From assembly GCA_951406725.2 (NCBI GenBank), contig OX597817.1:59582001-59646000 (forward strand): a DNA stretch of 64,000 bases. Direction: 5' to 3'. Numbering within the stretch: the first letter of the stretch is position 1; every line of letters starts with the position of its first letter. This document shows positions 1 through 12,959 of this stretch, piece after piece. A program made the position numbers and the translations under genes. This DNA is from Octopus vulgaris (Eukaryota). The notes beneath the pieces are model-generated. The model had not been told where the DNA came from, searched no databases, and saw nothing but the letters and a program-made list of their open reading frames with translations.

Positions 1-362
1 TATTTTGTTTTTGACACAAAATTTCTATGAAGAAGAGATTTTATCTCAGACAATTCCACAGCAATGTGTCAGTGTGTCTACACAAATGGCAAGTGTAATT
101 ATATGCTCTTTCAGTTGCCTGCACTGGATTTTTATGTTTGTGTGTCCATATGTACATTATATATATGTGGATAGATATCGGGGAGGCAGGGTAGATGCAT
201 CTTGTTTTCATATTTGATTATTTACATGAACTGCTGGAGTAAATTTTGTTTAGTTTTAAATATTTATATTTTCATCACCAGGTTCTTGTGTAAGACTGTC
301 CAAATACAAATGAATGAGTGGCATGCCAACATTTGACTTCCTGGCCTCGAATCTCCTATATT

Positions 363-741
363 CATCATCATCATCATCATCATCATTGTTTAACGTCCAC
401 CTTCCATGCTAGCATGGGTTGGACGGTTTGACCGGGATCTGGGAAGCCAGGAGGCTGCACCAGGCTCTAGTCTGATATGGCAGTGTTTCTACAGCTGGAT
501 GCCCTTCCTAACGCCAACCACTCCGTAAGTGTAGTGGGTGTTTTTTATGTGCCACTGGCAGTGGCCAGAATCGGTTGATGCTTTTTACGTGCCACCAGCA
601 CAGAAGCCAGTCAAGGTGGCGCTGGCATCGGCCACGTTCGGATGGTGCTTTTTACTTGCCACTAGCACAGGGATCACAACTACAATTTCCATTTGATTTT
701 TGATGTTGATGTACTTGATTCAATAGGTCTCCTCAAGCACA
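363..741 (-). mobile_element. RTE-clade LINE 3' UTR fragment with (GAT)n tail
   Basis: Collinear with the 3' UTR of the ORF-bearing RTE copy at 41617-42800. Has the (CAT)n tail, the ccatgctagcatgg palindrome and ~63-bp internal repeats. Confidence 0.85.
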
Positions 742-1009
742 GTGTGTGTATATATATATATATATATATATCATCATCATCATCATCATCCTTTAACTGT
801 CCGCTTACTTGCTGGAGTAAATTTTGTTTAGTTTTAAATATATTTTCATCACCCGGTTCTTGTGTAAGAATGTCCAAATACAAACGAATGAGTGCCATGC
901 CAACATTTGACCTCCTGGCCTCGAATCTCCTATATTATTCCTACATATCATCTCAATCCACATCGTCGTCATCATCATCTCCCTCATCCATTCATTCACA
1001 AAACTCATT

Positions 1010-1450
1010 GAAGCTCACATTTGTGATTAACGTTATTCATGCCCCAGACGCATTGAGGCATCTGTTATTATTTATAGCCATGAATTCTCATGGGGGACGG
1101 TTTAAAGATGCATAGAAGCATTCAAGGGCCACTGGGACTTCATAGCTATAGGTAAGGGATGCTTATACGACTCTGTGGTGTGGATACTGTTAAAGGAAGA
1201 GCTTTGTAGATTATGGCACAGATTACTAGCACCACACCTAACTCACCTGAGAAAGTGGACTATAACTGATGAATAGAGTTAAATTCAACATAGACATGAT
1301 GTTACACTGGTCAGTCTAACTATGCGGCCACTGTTGTTTGACCACTTCTCATACTTATTCTGATTTACTTGGATTAGACATAAGGCCCTGTGGAAAATGA
1401 TAAGTAGAATTACGTTGCATCCTCTATCAGGACGCAAAATCACAATGCAG
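1010..1450 (+). mobile_element. Possible highly decayed non-LTR APE endonuclease relic
   Basis: Fragments VINV-HAP, ILMGD and DH occur in the expected order but in shifting frames. Confidence 0.25.
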
Positions 1451-3206
1451 TTGGGGTAGTGGCAATACTGTGTATTTAAGAAATTATTTCACAGCCAAAT
1501 GGTTTTGGTTTCAATCCCAGTGCACAGCTCCTTGGGAAAATGTGATGTGTGTTCTATTGTCCTCGGCTGATCAAAATCTTGTGATTGAATTTGGTCAACT
1601 GAAACTGCATAAAGGCCAGACTCTGTGTGTGTGTGTTTGTCCATCATTTTACATCTACTTTTTCATGTCTGCATGGGTCAGATGGAATTTGTTGGGGCAG
1701 ATTTTCCCTTGCCCTTCTTGTTACCAGCACTCAATGGTTTCTGAGTAAAGTAATAACCCCCCCCCCCTTTCCTCAGAAGATTGGCAATGAACAATATTAC
1801 TTGTCCGGTGGGATCCTCGTTTACAGCCATCTCTAGATGTCTAGATAAGGATGTGTGCACACACAACATATTTCTTCCAGTTTCCATCCCCCAATTCCAC
1901 TCACAAAATGATGTTAGGGTGTGGCTATAGTAGAGGTGTCATGCGGTGGGACTGAACTCAGAACCATATGGTTAGGAAGTAAGCTTCTTAACCACACAGC
2001 CACACCTGCACCCATGTGTGTGTGTGTGTTGTGCATGTCTGTATATGTTTACATTCTGTGATTACACAAAAAATTGCTGAGTCATTGATAATATTGTCCT
2101 GTAATTAACCCAGCCAGCCAATTATCTAATAATTTTGTGCTTTTAAAGACGAGTAGAATGACACCCCCATCACCACCCCTGACTTACTTGAACAGTTAAG
2201 GGTCAGTGGCAGGGAAGGGCAAAACAGTGCCTCAACATGTATGTATTCATCTGATACATGCTAGCAGGGAGAAACAGACATAAAATGAATAAATCATTCA
2301 ACCTGCTAGAAAAAGCAGTCAAATCACCTTCAATTCTCCTCTTGCTTCCACTACACACACACACACACATGCACGCACATGCACTCGCACACACTTGACT
2401 TAAAAAGAAAGTGAGAAGCCACATTAAATGTGGTTGAGAGAAAAGAATAAAGACATGTTGGTTGCAACTGGAATCCCTTTGAATACATGTGGCCACCAGC
2501 AACCACAACAACAACATTGCCTATGCAACATGTAGCACATGCTGCTCTCCAGCGCCTGCCAATGCTACATTATTCTTATTATGTAAATATTGATTTCTGA
2601 CATTGGCACATGGCTGGGAACTGGTAGGTAAGGACAAGCTTGTCAGGCATTATGGTAACGCCAAACAGATGTCAGCTTCAGCGGAATGCTGTCATGTAGA
2701 AACTGACTGCAATAAAAGACAAACAATGGCAACCACTCCATCCAATCTGCAAACCATTCCTGCTGTTCTGTTTTGTTAACCCACAATAACTTGTGACCAC
2801 TCCTCTCTTTATTAGATTCTTTCTATTCATCTGCTATGGTTATTTCCTAAAGCTGGCTGAATCCCTTAGCATGCTGGACAAAATGTTTAGTGGCTTTTCT
2901 TCCGGCTCTTTATGGTCTTTCACAGTCAGTCAATAGAATAAACACTTATTAAACCCTGGGGGTTGATGTAATTGACCAAACCCCTTCTATTTCTTGCCTT
3001 CTGCCAAAATTTGAAACCAAAGACAGTGTGCTGGCACAATTATTAGAGCAGTGTCGAAAAATGCTTTGCAGTATTTCTTCCTATTCACTCTATTTTGAGT
3101 TCAAATTCTTCTGCGGTCAACTATGTTTCACCTCCTTTGTTGGGGTTGATAAAAATTTTAATTATTTCCTTTTTGTGTGTGTGTGTATGTATATATATAT
3201 ATATAT

Positions 3207-3946
3207 AGTGCAAACAGAGTTAACAGTTATAATAACGAAGGGATAAAATATCGATATATACTATTGGTATCAGTAACCTTCATTATCACCAGGCATTGGT
3301 GTGCAGGCACACTATGCATGTGGAGTACAGTTAACAACACGATAAACAAGAGTTTATCAGGAACCAACGCAAATAATTAGAAAATGGAGAAAACCTCAGA
3401 TTAATAAACACATTGACTGGACCACATTTCTAGCTTATTTTTTAATACAAAGCATGGCATAATAAAATAGGCGCCATAACATATCTTACGACCATTTCCG
3501 ATCCGTTGCCAAAATGCTGTCTATAAATAAATGCGAGAATAAAGTTCTCCCTCTTCATAGGGCATTCGAATTAAGGCAACGGATCTTCATCAGAGTAAAA
3601 AACAAGAGCATATAATATAAACGAAGAGAGGAAAGAAAACACAGCTTAGACAAATAGTCTAGAATATGTTAAGAGCAAATGATTTACCATCAAGGGGCCT
3701 TTCGTTTATACTGTATGCTCTTGTTTTTTACTCCGATGAAGCTCTGTTGTTTTAATTTGAATGCCCTATGAAGATGAAGAACTTTGTTCTTGCATTTATT
3801 TACAGACAGCATTTTGACAACTGATTGGAAATGGTCATAAGATAGGTTACGTCACCTATTTTGTTATGTCATGCTTTGTATTAAAAAACAAGCTATAAAT
3901 GTGGTCCAGTCAATGTGTTGGTTAATCTGTGGTTTTTTTCCATTTT
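3207..3946 (-). mobile_element. Penelope-like (pLTR-type) fragment with ~245-bp inverted arms, between (TA)n runs
   Basis: Arms 3381-3625 and ~3700-3946 are reverse complements. Carries a hammerhead-like motif at 3485-3600 and (TA)n on both sides. Confidence 0.6.
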
Positions 3947-3983
3947 ATATATATATATATATATATAAAGCGATATATATATA

Positions 3984-4356
3984 GCGCAGGTGTGACTGCG
4001 TGGTATGTAGTTTGCTTCCCAACTACATGGTTCTGGGGTCTGTACCACTGCATGACACTTTGGGCAAGTATCTTCTACTATAACCTTGGGCCAACCAAAG
4101 CCTTGTGAGTGGATTTGGTAGACAGAAACTGAAAGAAGCCCGCAACACACACACACACATGTGAATATCTGTGTCTTTGTGTCTGTTTTTCCCACTGCCA
4201 CCGCTTGACAACTAATAACTTAGCAGTTTGGCAAAAAAGACCGATAGAATTAGTATCGGGCTTTAAAAAAAAGGACTGGGGTCAATTCATTTGACAAAAT
4301 ATTCAAGGCGGTGCACCAGCATGGCCACAGTCTAATGACTGAAACAGATAAAAGAT
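3984..4356 (+). mobile_element. tRNA-derived CORE-type SINE (family B)
   Basis: Head gcgcaggtgtgactgcgtggt, core tttgggcaagt, tail ccagcatggccacagtc...gactgaaac. Many copies in the window. Confidence 0.8.
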
Positions 4357-4951
4357 ATGTAAGATTGATTAAACAGATATTTTATGTTCTCTGCCATGAG
4401 AGAAAGAAGAAAGAAGAAAGGAGAGAATGAAGTTGAGACAGAGAGAAAGAACTAGTGAGAGAGGGGGAAAGAGGGAGGGAGAGAGAGAGGAAAGTAGGCT
4501 TTGTTGATATCTAAAATGTGTGAGAGAATGTGAAAGCATGTCAAAGCATCTTGGCTTTATGGCAGCTGCTGCTGTTGTTGTTGTTGTTGTTGTTGCTGAC
4601 ATTTTGTTTTCTGTGGTGCTGGAGATGAATTGGATGGATAAGGTATTTAAAAATCTCTTGGATGTTTTGTGTGAATCTCACTTTTGGCATTCCATTCTGC
4701 CAAATACTCCAAAAGCAATGCAGGAGCAGCCATGTGTGTGTGTGTAGTTGCTTGGCTTGCCAGAAATAGCAACCAAATACACCCACCCACCCACCCCCTG
4801 CCACCGCCGCCAACTTTGTTTTGCAACTGAAAGGACACATTAAATAATGGGAACTTTGACACTCCTAACAAAAAAAAATAAACAAGAGGGTCATGGTTGG
4901 AATATCTTTGACTGTAGGAATAGGGTTCGACAAATTCTACGATTTAGCTTC

Positions 4952-5350
4952 ATCCTTTTGTTACCATTTGTCTGTTGAAATGCTCTGCCTTTGTTTCAAT
5001 TAATTTTGGTAATGAAGAATCTGGTAATATGACTTCTTCATTGTTAAGCTGGTGTTCATCTGTCTTTATGTTCTGAGTTCAAATTCAACCAAGGTCAACT
5101 TTGCCTTTCATCCTTTCGGGGGCAATAAATTAAGTACCAGTTGCGTACTGGAGTCAATCTAATCGACTGAACCCTCCCCCAAAATTTCAGGCCTTGTGCC
5201 TAGAGTAGAAAAGATTATTAGGGTGTTTTCCTGGTGTTTTGAACAGAAAATGAAATTTCGATAGAAGCTTTTTATTTAAATCTCTTTAAAATAAGAAGTT
5301 TGTATCATTGTACCAGGGGCGTTCATGGGTAGATTGGAGTCAAAATGGTT
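4952..5350 (+). mobile_element. Decayed piggyBac-like MITE interrupted by a family A SINE (5057-5220)
   Basis: ccttttgttac left end with internal similarity to 21713-21930. ctggtgtt is repeated on both sides of the SINE. Confidence 0.6.
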
Positions 5351-6194
5351 GAAGTGGTGAGAAGCAGCCATGTTTTTTCTGGGAACATAAGGAAATGGAT
5401 TTTTGTGTGTTAGACAAGTTTCTTCTTGAATAGGGATTTTGTTTGTTTTGGAAGGGTCATTATGTCAATCAGGTTTGAAAGTCCTTTTGTCACCATTTAG
5501 GATCACATCAGTGGTATTCCCTCTTTATTCCGTGTCTGCTTCAAGCAAACCTTGCTGATTGAATGATGACTAATCAAACAGTCAGTTATTTGATTAAATG
5601 CTAACGAACTGACTAATAATAATAATAGTGAAACCTAACCAGTGCTTGGGTTTATTGTTGGCATAATAACCCTCCCAAGAGACAACAAAATCTGTTCCAA
5701 CACACGAGTTCACATTAAGAATCTTGCAAGCCCAATACCATAATAAAAGATCTCATTTCAAATCCACTTAAGATTTGGGATCAGAGCTAAGAATTAGTTG
5801 CAAGCCTGTTGCTCATGAAAGCAAATATTTAGGCGAAAGGGTAATTAAAGCAAAAGTAATTCTCGTTCTTTTGTAACTCAGGCCCCTTCCTCACTTGTTT
5901 CTCTGGAAAGTGTTTTGCAAATTAAGTGTATGTGTGTGTAGATTGTTTGAAGTGGTGTACAGATTTTATATATTAAGAAATAGGAAGTAGTGAGAATTAT
6001 TTATTTAGTCTTTCGTCTCGTTTTGGAGAATCATCAGAATTGATTTTACAGGAAATTTACGCCTTTTTATATACATGTATATATGTTAGATGGAAAAAAT
6101 CTGGAGTTGAATGGGGAAGAGAATGTTCTTATGTCATCTATGTGTGTGTATGCATGCATGTTTGTAAGTATGTAGTGAATTTTTGGAGGCTTGG

Positions 6195-6303
6195 TTAACC
6201 CTTTTGTTACCAACCCGGCTGAAACCTAAGTTATTTTACTAAATTCTTTGTTTTATTTAAAGTAATTGAACGAAACACAGAAATACAGTAACAAAAGGGT
6301 TAA
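6195..6303. mobile_element. Miniature piggyBac-like MITE
   Basis: TTAA-CCCTTTTGTTAC ... GTAACAAAAGGG-TTAA: perfect 12-bp TIR with TTAA TSD. Confidence 0.85.
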
Positions 6304-8489
6304 TACACATGCACATACACACACACACATGTATGTGTGTATGTGTAAATATATATATATATATATTCCGCCAAGGTCGACTTTGCCTTTCATCCTTTCA
6401 GGGTTGATTAATAAGTACCAGTTACACACTGGGGTCGGTGTAATCGACTTAATCCCTCCCCCCAAAATTGAGGTCTTGTGCTTCCAGTAGAAAGGGTATA
6501 TATTTTTTAATCAACAAGTTATTTTTGTACCATGTTATATTACCTGTATGTTCTTACACAAACTCCATCTGGCTTGTGCAACCTTTCAGATAGGTTTGGA
6601 CTAATGTTCCCCCCTCCCCGCTCCACTCATTAAATTTTTATGGAAATAACTACAGAATACAAGGGCTTAGATAATGTACGCTTGACATAAAGTTTGCAAA
6701 GAGCCTTTGTAGTTACAACCAAAAGCCCAATGCGGTTACTTCCACTGGAGTCCTTCGTTAAGGTGTGTTGGATGAGAAATCCTGTAGAATGACTGTGACA
6801 GAGTACATTCTGTTGTAGTGGGATGGTGTTTGAGGGGTGGGGCAAGTCTAGGCTTGGTTGAGAACGGAAGGCTTTTTTCTTGATTGAAGTCTGAATAATG
6901 TGTGTTTGTATGTGCATGCATGTTTGTGTATCTGTGTGTATATATGTGCTTATGTAAATTTGTACATGTGTTTGTGTGGGTGTTTGTGTGCAAGTATCAT
7001 CTTAGATGTATGGGCAGAGCAAACAGTAAATGACACCCAAATTTGTCGCGGCTATTTTTGTTTAATAACAAAACAATAAACATTGGAGACAGATTCTATA
7101 CACAAGGCAGTGTAATATAGCTTCCAGTGTTAGTGAGTACATTTGTGTGGGTTTGAAAGTAAAACAGACTTGTCCAAATGGAAAGTGTGGAAGGGAATAA
7201 TAAATGCCATTTGCATAGGCCTTTGTTAATAAGAATAAATTGAGCACTCCTTCCACTGCACAGGTAATAATTGGTTTATGGCTGGAGGAGTGACTTCAGC
7301 ATCATCATCATCATCAGTGTCAGCATTATCTTTCATTGTTTTGTGGAATCTTGTTTATAATTCATATTTATGGCATCTTGTTAATGACATGTTCACAAAT
7401 ATGTAATGTAAATGCACATATCATTATCTCGTCATCAACCCCTGGATATGAGTGTCTTGAGTCCGTGGACTTATAGGATCAATTTCCTGGTTTCCATGAC
7501 GTACAACTGACCAAGATCACAACATTCCCCCTGGACGAAGTGACATCAGCCCATTGCAGGGTTACTCATTTATAACTGGCTGGACTTAAGTGGCACCAAA
7601 TGAAGTGTTTTACAAACAAAATACACCACCTGGTCTTGGAATTGAAACCATGATCTTAGAATTGCGAGAGCAACACCCTATATATAAAGCGCAGGTGTGA
7701 CTTCATATGTACACAGGTGGTGTGTTTTATGACTTGGTCCTGGAGGGTGAGCTGTGTCTGTCCATAACAACCTATTTGCATTATCCCACACTTGAGCAAA
7801 AGGGTAACTGGGGAAAGTTCAACATTGCTAATCTTCAGGTCAACGGCTTCAAGAGATTAAGAGATTAATGACTGAGTGAGTGAAGGAATTTGGGCAGATA
7901 AATATTGCCCTGGAGAAGGAATGGATAGAATGTCTCCTGCAGAATCTGAAAATGGATCTAGTAGATCAAATGTGATGGCAACAGAAAACATGTTACTGGT
8001 TTACAAGAACAGGAATTAGTAATCTTTGGTTCTAAGTACATGTGCCTGCAGGAGTGATAATGGAATAAAACAATCTGAGAAAATGCAAAAATAGACTTGG
8101 GTGTTCCAAGTAAGCAGAACAAATATGTAGATATTTAAAAGTCATTTATTTAACCTCATTAAATGGAAAGCGGTAGCAATGGGAGGGGGGACAGGACTGA
8201 GGGGAGGGTCATGGTGCTACTAAGAACAATGACACATACACACACACAGATGCAAACACATGTGCATATAAGGATACACATAGAAGAACAGAATGTGTGC
8301 AAGAGCACACACGAAGACAGTGTTGCTGAAGAGGTCACAGATGTGTAATGAAAGATTTCCAGACAATAGACATGAATTAGAATAAGAACCGTAATAAACA
8401 AGAAAAGAATGAATATATAGTGTGTGTGTTTATTTGGCAAAAAAGAAAAAGAAGTATGACCATCCCGAAATTCAACAATATCTGTTTCA

Positions 8490-8503
8490 ATGCACAACAT
8501 CAG
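8490..8503 (+). CDS. ZMYND8: Candidate first coding exon of ZMYND8 (MHNI+AG, phase 2)
   Basis: ATGCACAACATCAG|GTATCT with an in-frame TGA at 8457-8459 upstream. Phase 2 joins in frame to exon 14769 and resembles the human MHPQS start. The donor is only moderate. Confidence 0.35.
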
Positions 8504-9638
8504 GTATCTTACAACACAAATTGATAAATGTATTAATTTCATATTCTCTTTAAATCTTTTCTAATTTTTTAGGAATGTTTCCATTTTTATTATTATTAGT
8601 AGTAGTATTCTTTAGGGATTGGTTTATTTTTCTGGTAATCCTTCATAGAAGTGCGCCAGTATAGTTATCATTTTATTTGTAGGCTTTTCCAAGTCATTAA
8701 ACTTAAAACAAAAGTGTTGCTATTAAAATGTTAAAAATTCACTTGCAAGCATTTACGTATTTGTTCCACTTATTCAGGGTACCCAAGGCTGTTTTTCCAT
8801 TTTTTTTCTGGATTGTTTCGTTTCATTATTAGTTCCACGGGTACATGTACCTAAAACCAAAGATTACCCAGAAGTCTTTGAGAAAGTGAAAAAGGAGATA
8901 AAAAGGACATAAAGCTAAAAGTTGTTACAAATAACTGCTAGATCTCCCAACTTTGGGCGATAATATCAGAAATAAATTGCCAAAACTTCATCCGTTTAGT
9001 TAAGGTGTTTTTCATAACCACTAAATTCTTCAACTTTGCTGATCAGTTGCTAAATCTTTACAAAACTCAAATCATTCTCCAAGACAACTGTTCCTGTCCC
9101 TGTATCATTCTCTGTCCTCTCGTCACCTGACGTAACGCCACTTCCCTTCAGTACTACATCCCAAATCAGTTAAGGGAGTTCGTGTCTTGAAAGTTACTTG
9201 GCAACCTCACTGGTGCTGGTGCCAAGTAGAAAAGCATCCGGTCCACTCTGTAAAGTGGTTGGTGTTAGGGAAGGTATTCAACCATAGAACCCAGACATTG
9301 GAACTTGGCACACAGTCCTCTGGGTCATTGGCTTCTGTTGAAACATCCAATCCCTGTCCGTATGGAAAACAGATGTTAAACAATGATGACGATGATGATG
9401 GGAAGTAGAAAATATATCCTGGTGTTGGATAGATAATCTAATGAAGCAGAGCAAAAGAAGTATTCACACAATGCACACTACTATTACTGTTACACAGGGT
9501 TAACCACTCTCTGCCTACGGCTCACACTGAACTGCTTGCCCTCAATTGCTTACAGTTCTTTATTTTATAGTAATGTGTCAGTTCCCTTTTAGTTACTTGC
9601 TGGGTGATTGGAATCCTTCCACAACAAAGTATAATAGG

Positions 9639-10185
9639 AACAAGAGCACCCAGAGAGTGTAAACCTCCGCCAAGGCAACACCAACATCCTCTCAATGATT
9701 AGCCGGTGATGATTTTTAAAATTAGAATATCTGAAATAAACTTGATTGCTCTCACAAACAAGAATACTAAAAACGAACCCAATCACTCTTAAAAATTAAG
9801 TAAAAAAAAAAAAACAGGAAAAATAATCCAGAATCCTTGTCCGATACCGGATCGATCCCAAAATTTAATGAGTTCGTGCCAGTCACATCCTTGAAAGTTT
9901 CATCCGAATCCATCCAGCAGTTCTTGAGTTTATTTCAGATATTCTAATTTTAAAAATCATCACCGGCTAATCATTGAGAGGCTGTTGGTGTTGCCTTGGC
10001 GGAGGTTTACACTCTCTGGGTGCTCTTGTTCCTATTATACTTTGTTGTGGAAGGATTCCGATCACCCAGCAAGTAACTAAAAGGGAACTGACACATTACT
10101 ATAAAATAAAGAACTGTGAGCAAACAAACAAACACGACTGAAAACAATACCTCCGCCTTTGCAAAGGCAGAGGCAAGGATGATAT
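9639..10185 (-). mobile_element. Helentron-associated non-autonomous element (HINE/DINE-1-like), rearranged
   Basis: On the minus strand: 5' hairpin with subTIR gcctctgcc-tttgcaaa-ggcggaggt, (GTTT)n microsatellite, 3' subTIR ccttggcggaggt, hairpin acactctctgggtg and TCTTGTT end. Confidence 0.7.
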
Positions 10186-10682
10186 ATCGTAGATCAAGTG
10201 TTTCCATTTTAGTGTCACAGTTGCTTTGAGTTTCAAACTATTTTTCACTTTAAAAATGGATTCCTATCAACTAACACTGTTGTTACAACCATCATCATCA
10301 TCACCCCCATCATCATCATCGTCAGTTCATTCCTTTATTGCTATGTTTACTTGTTGGTTTTTATGTAACTATTTTTATTCAATCTGTTTTGATCCTGAGT
10401 CAGTATTTTTCCTGCAAAAAAACAAAAAAAAAAAAACAACAACCATTCCCCCAAAGAAATCATATACTGTCCGTTTGAGTTTAGAGCAGCTGAGTCTTTG
10501 AGTTTGGAACACATCAAGGAGAGAGAACGGATGGACAGATAGAGATGAGAGAAGAAGACGCAGCAGAGAACTTGGTTGGCTGCTCCAATATTTGCTATTA
10601 CTGCATGTTATTGGTTGGTGGTTACCCTAAATTTCTGGCATATTGATTTTCACATTGTCTAGTAGCAGAGAATTTTTCTCGC

Positions 10683-10721
<39 letters not shown>

Positions 10722-10812
10722 TACACACACACACTGTCTCTTTCAAGTGTATGTGTATGTATATACTTATAGAAGACGGGTAATAATGATAATTATAATA
10801 ATAATAATAATA

Positions 10813-10850
<38 letters not shown>

Positions 10851-11086
10851 AATGCTTTTACTCCAGGCTTTAAGAGAAAGCATCTCTGCTTTCAATTACA
10901 TTTGCACAAACAAAAGACAATTAAGAAACGACAAATGTACTTGTACACACACACACACACACATTGTGCTTATGTTGTGTATTTGTCAAATTACATCAGA
11001 GATGATCTTCCACTGGTAATCGTACAAACCAGTACTACCTGTTTCATGGGAGGGGTCGGCTACTGGTGACAAAACTGACCACACCA

Positions 11087-11149
<63 letters not shown>

Positions 11150-11657
11150 ATGTATATATATGTTATGCATATATATATATATGTATATGTGCGTGTGTGT
11201 ATATATATGTATGTATATATATATATCTTGTGTGTGGAAGGTGCAGGACATTACATAATAGACAATAGCCAGTCTCTTCAGGGTTAGGTGAAGTCTATGA
11301 GTCAACCACCAAGTTATCAAACCTGCAGATGAAGTAGGGCCAACCCTCGTTACCACTTTCCAGTTTTGCAACGTTGACTCTGTTGGTACAGCTCACCTCA
11401 AAGGCCCTGGCTTTGCTTCTCTTCTGATCCAGGGAGACCTGGTAAGAGAGGCTCCTTGGTAAGTGCAAAAGACTCTTCCAAAATGATATAAATGAGATCT
11501 TGTGGGGTCGTTTTTTTTTCACATTGTCAGAGATGAGAGACATATCTGGCAATCCCTCAGAATTGAGTATCAGGATCTTCCGGATCGGGAGTTACTAGCA
11601 TATCTGTACAGGCGACTAATAAATCTGGTCCATGCAATACAAATCTTGTAACAGTTA

Positions 11658-12122
11658 TCATCATCATCATCATCATCATAAATGTCTGCTTTCCATGCTA
11701 GCATTGGTTGGACAATTTGACTGACGTCTGGTGAACCAGACTCCAATCTGATTTGGCAGAGTTTCTACTGCTGGATGCCCTTCCTAATGCCAACCACTCC
11801 GAGAGTGTAGTGGGTGCTTTTATGTGCCACCGGCGCGAGGGCCAGTTTGGTGGTACTGGCAACGCCCAAATGGGTGCTTTTTATGTGCCACCTGCACAGG
11901 AGCCAGTCCAGCAGCACTGGCGACGCCCTCACTCGAATGTTTCACATGCCACCAGCACAAGTGCTAGTAAGGCAATGTGGTAACGATCATGTTTGAATGG
12001 TGTGCTTAACGTGCCATCGGCATGAAGGCCAGCTTGTTGCTCTGGCAACGATCTCGTTCGTATGGTACTCTTAGCGCTCCACTAGCAACGGATGCCAGTC
12101 ACTGAGTTTGACTTCGACTTCA
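11658..12122 (-). mobile_element. RTE-type 3' tail element, subfamily shared with 28150-28543 and 57665-57935
   Basis: (CAT)n tail and internal ggtgcttttta-gtgccac repeats. Nearly collinear with 28150-28543. Confidence 0.8.
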
Positions 12123-12394
12123 GTTAGGTTTGATTTTGACATTTGGGTTCCTTGTCTCCACCACCACCACCTCCCCCCTCTCTCTCCGTATATTCTTTTA
12201 CTTATTTCAGTCATTTGACTGCTACCATGCTGGACCATCGCCTTTAGTCAAGCAAATCGACCCCAGGACTTATTCTTTGTAAGCCTAGCACTCATTTTAT
12301 CGGTCTCTTTTTGCCGAACCACTAAGTGATGGGGACGTAAACACACCAGCAATGGTGAGGGGACAAAAACACATACACATATCTATACAATGCC

Positions 12395-12800
12395 CATCTC
12401 AAAGCACATGCCCCGTTCCCCAAACATGGTTCTTGGTGTTGGTTGCTTTGGATGCTGATGGTTTTTGTCTCTTTGAGGATTGCAATGTTGTTTCTGTAGT
12501 CTTCTCCTGTGATATTGCGGATGCTACGAAGAAGGCATTGCTGGTGGGAGGTGATCTAGCTGGCTCACATGTCAATGGTCGACTTACTTCGTTCTGGAGA
12601 GTGAGAATGGTAACTGCCTTATACATGAATAACTTTCTAGCAGGCCAGATGCATAGTTTTGAAAAATCTCATGTTGGAAGGTGCCTCTGCTTTTCAAATG
12701 TTTTCCAGTAAATGCTAGTGATGATTAAGAAACGAACCTCTTCACAGCTCACTCTACAGTTCTCTTGGTTGTCAGAATTCTGTTTCTTTTCACACTTTTA
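12395..12800 (-). mobile_element. Decayed RTE-like ORF C-terminal fragment
   Basis: Minus-strand peptide retains YKAV, NAF and WxxGHV in RTE order. Confidence 0.4.
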
Positions 12801-12959
12801 TGTTTAGTTAAAAGAAAAGATCACAGCATCGATTTGCTCGACTAAAGGCGATGCTCCAGCATGGCCACAGTCAAATGACTGAAACAAGTAAAAGAGAAAA
12901 GAGTAATAACAGCAACAGATATTTTAAGCTCATTTATCTCTGCTAGACAAGGTGCTAAC

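Noticed and set aside
4520-4650. Possible upstream exon ending GATAAG|GTATTT
   Set aside because: The ATG-containing frame ends in phase 0, incompatible with the phase 2 needed at 14769, and the ORF is microsatellite-derived.
8600-9170. Coding-like unique stretch
   Set aside because: No long open frame or recognisable motif on either strand, so I cannot assign it.
10747-11371. ORFs rich in I, YI, SL and CV runs here and throughout the window
   Set aside because: They are translations of (ATT)n, (TA)n, (CT)n and (GT)n microsatellites.
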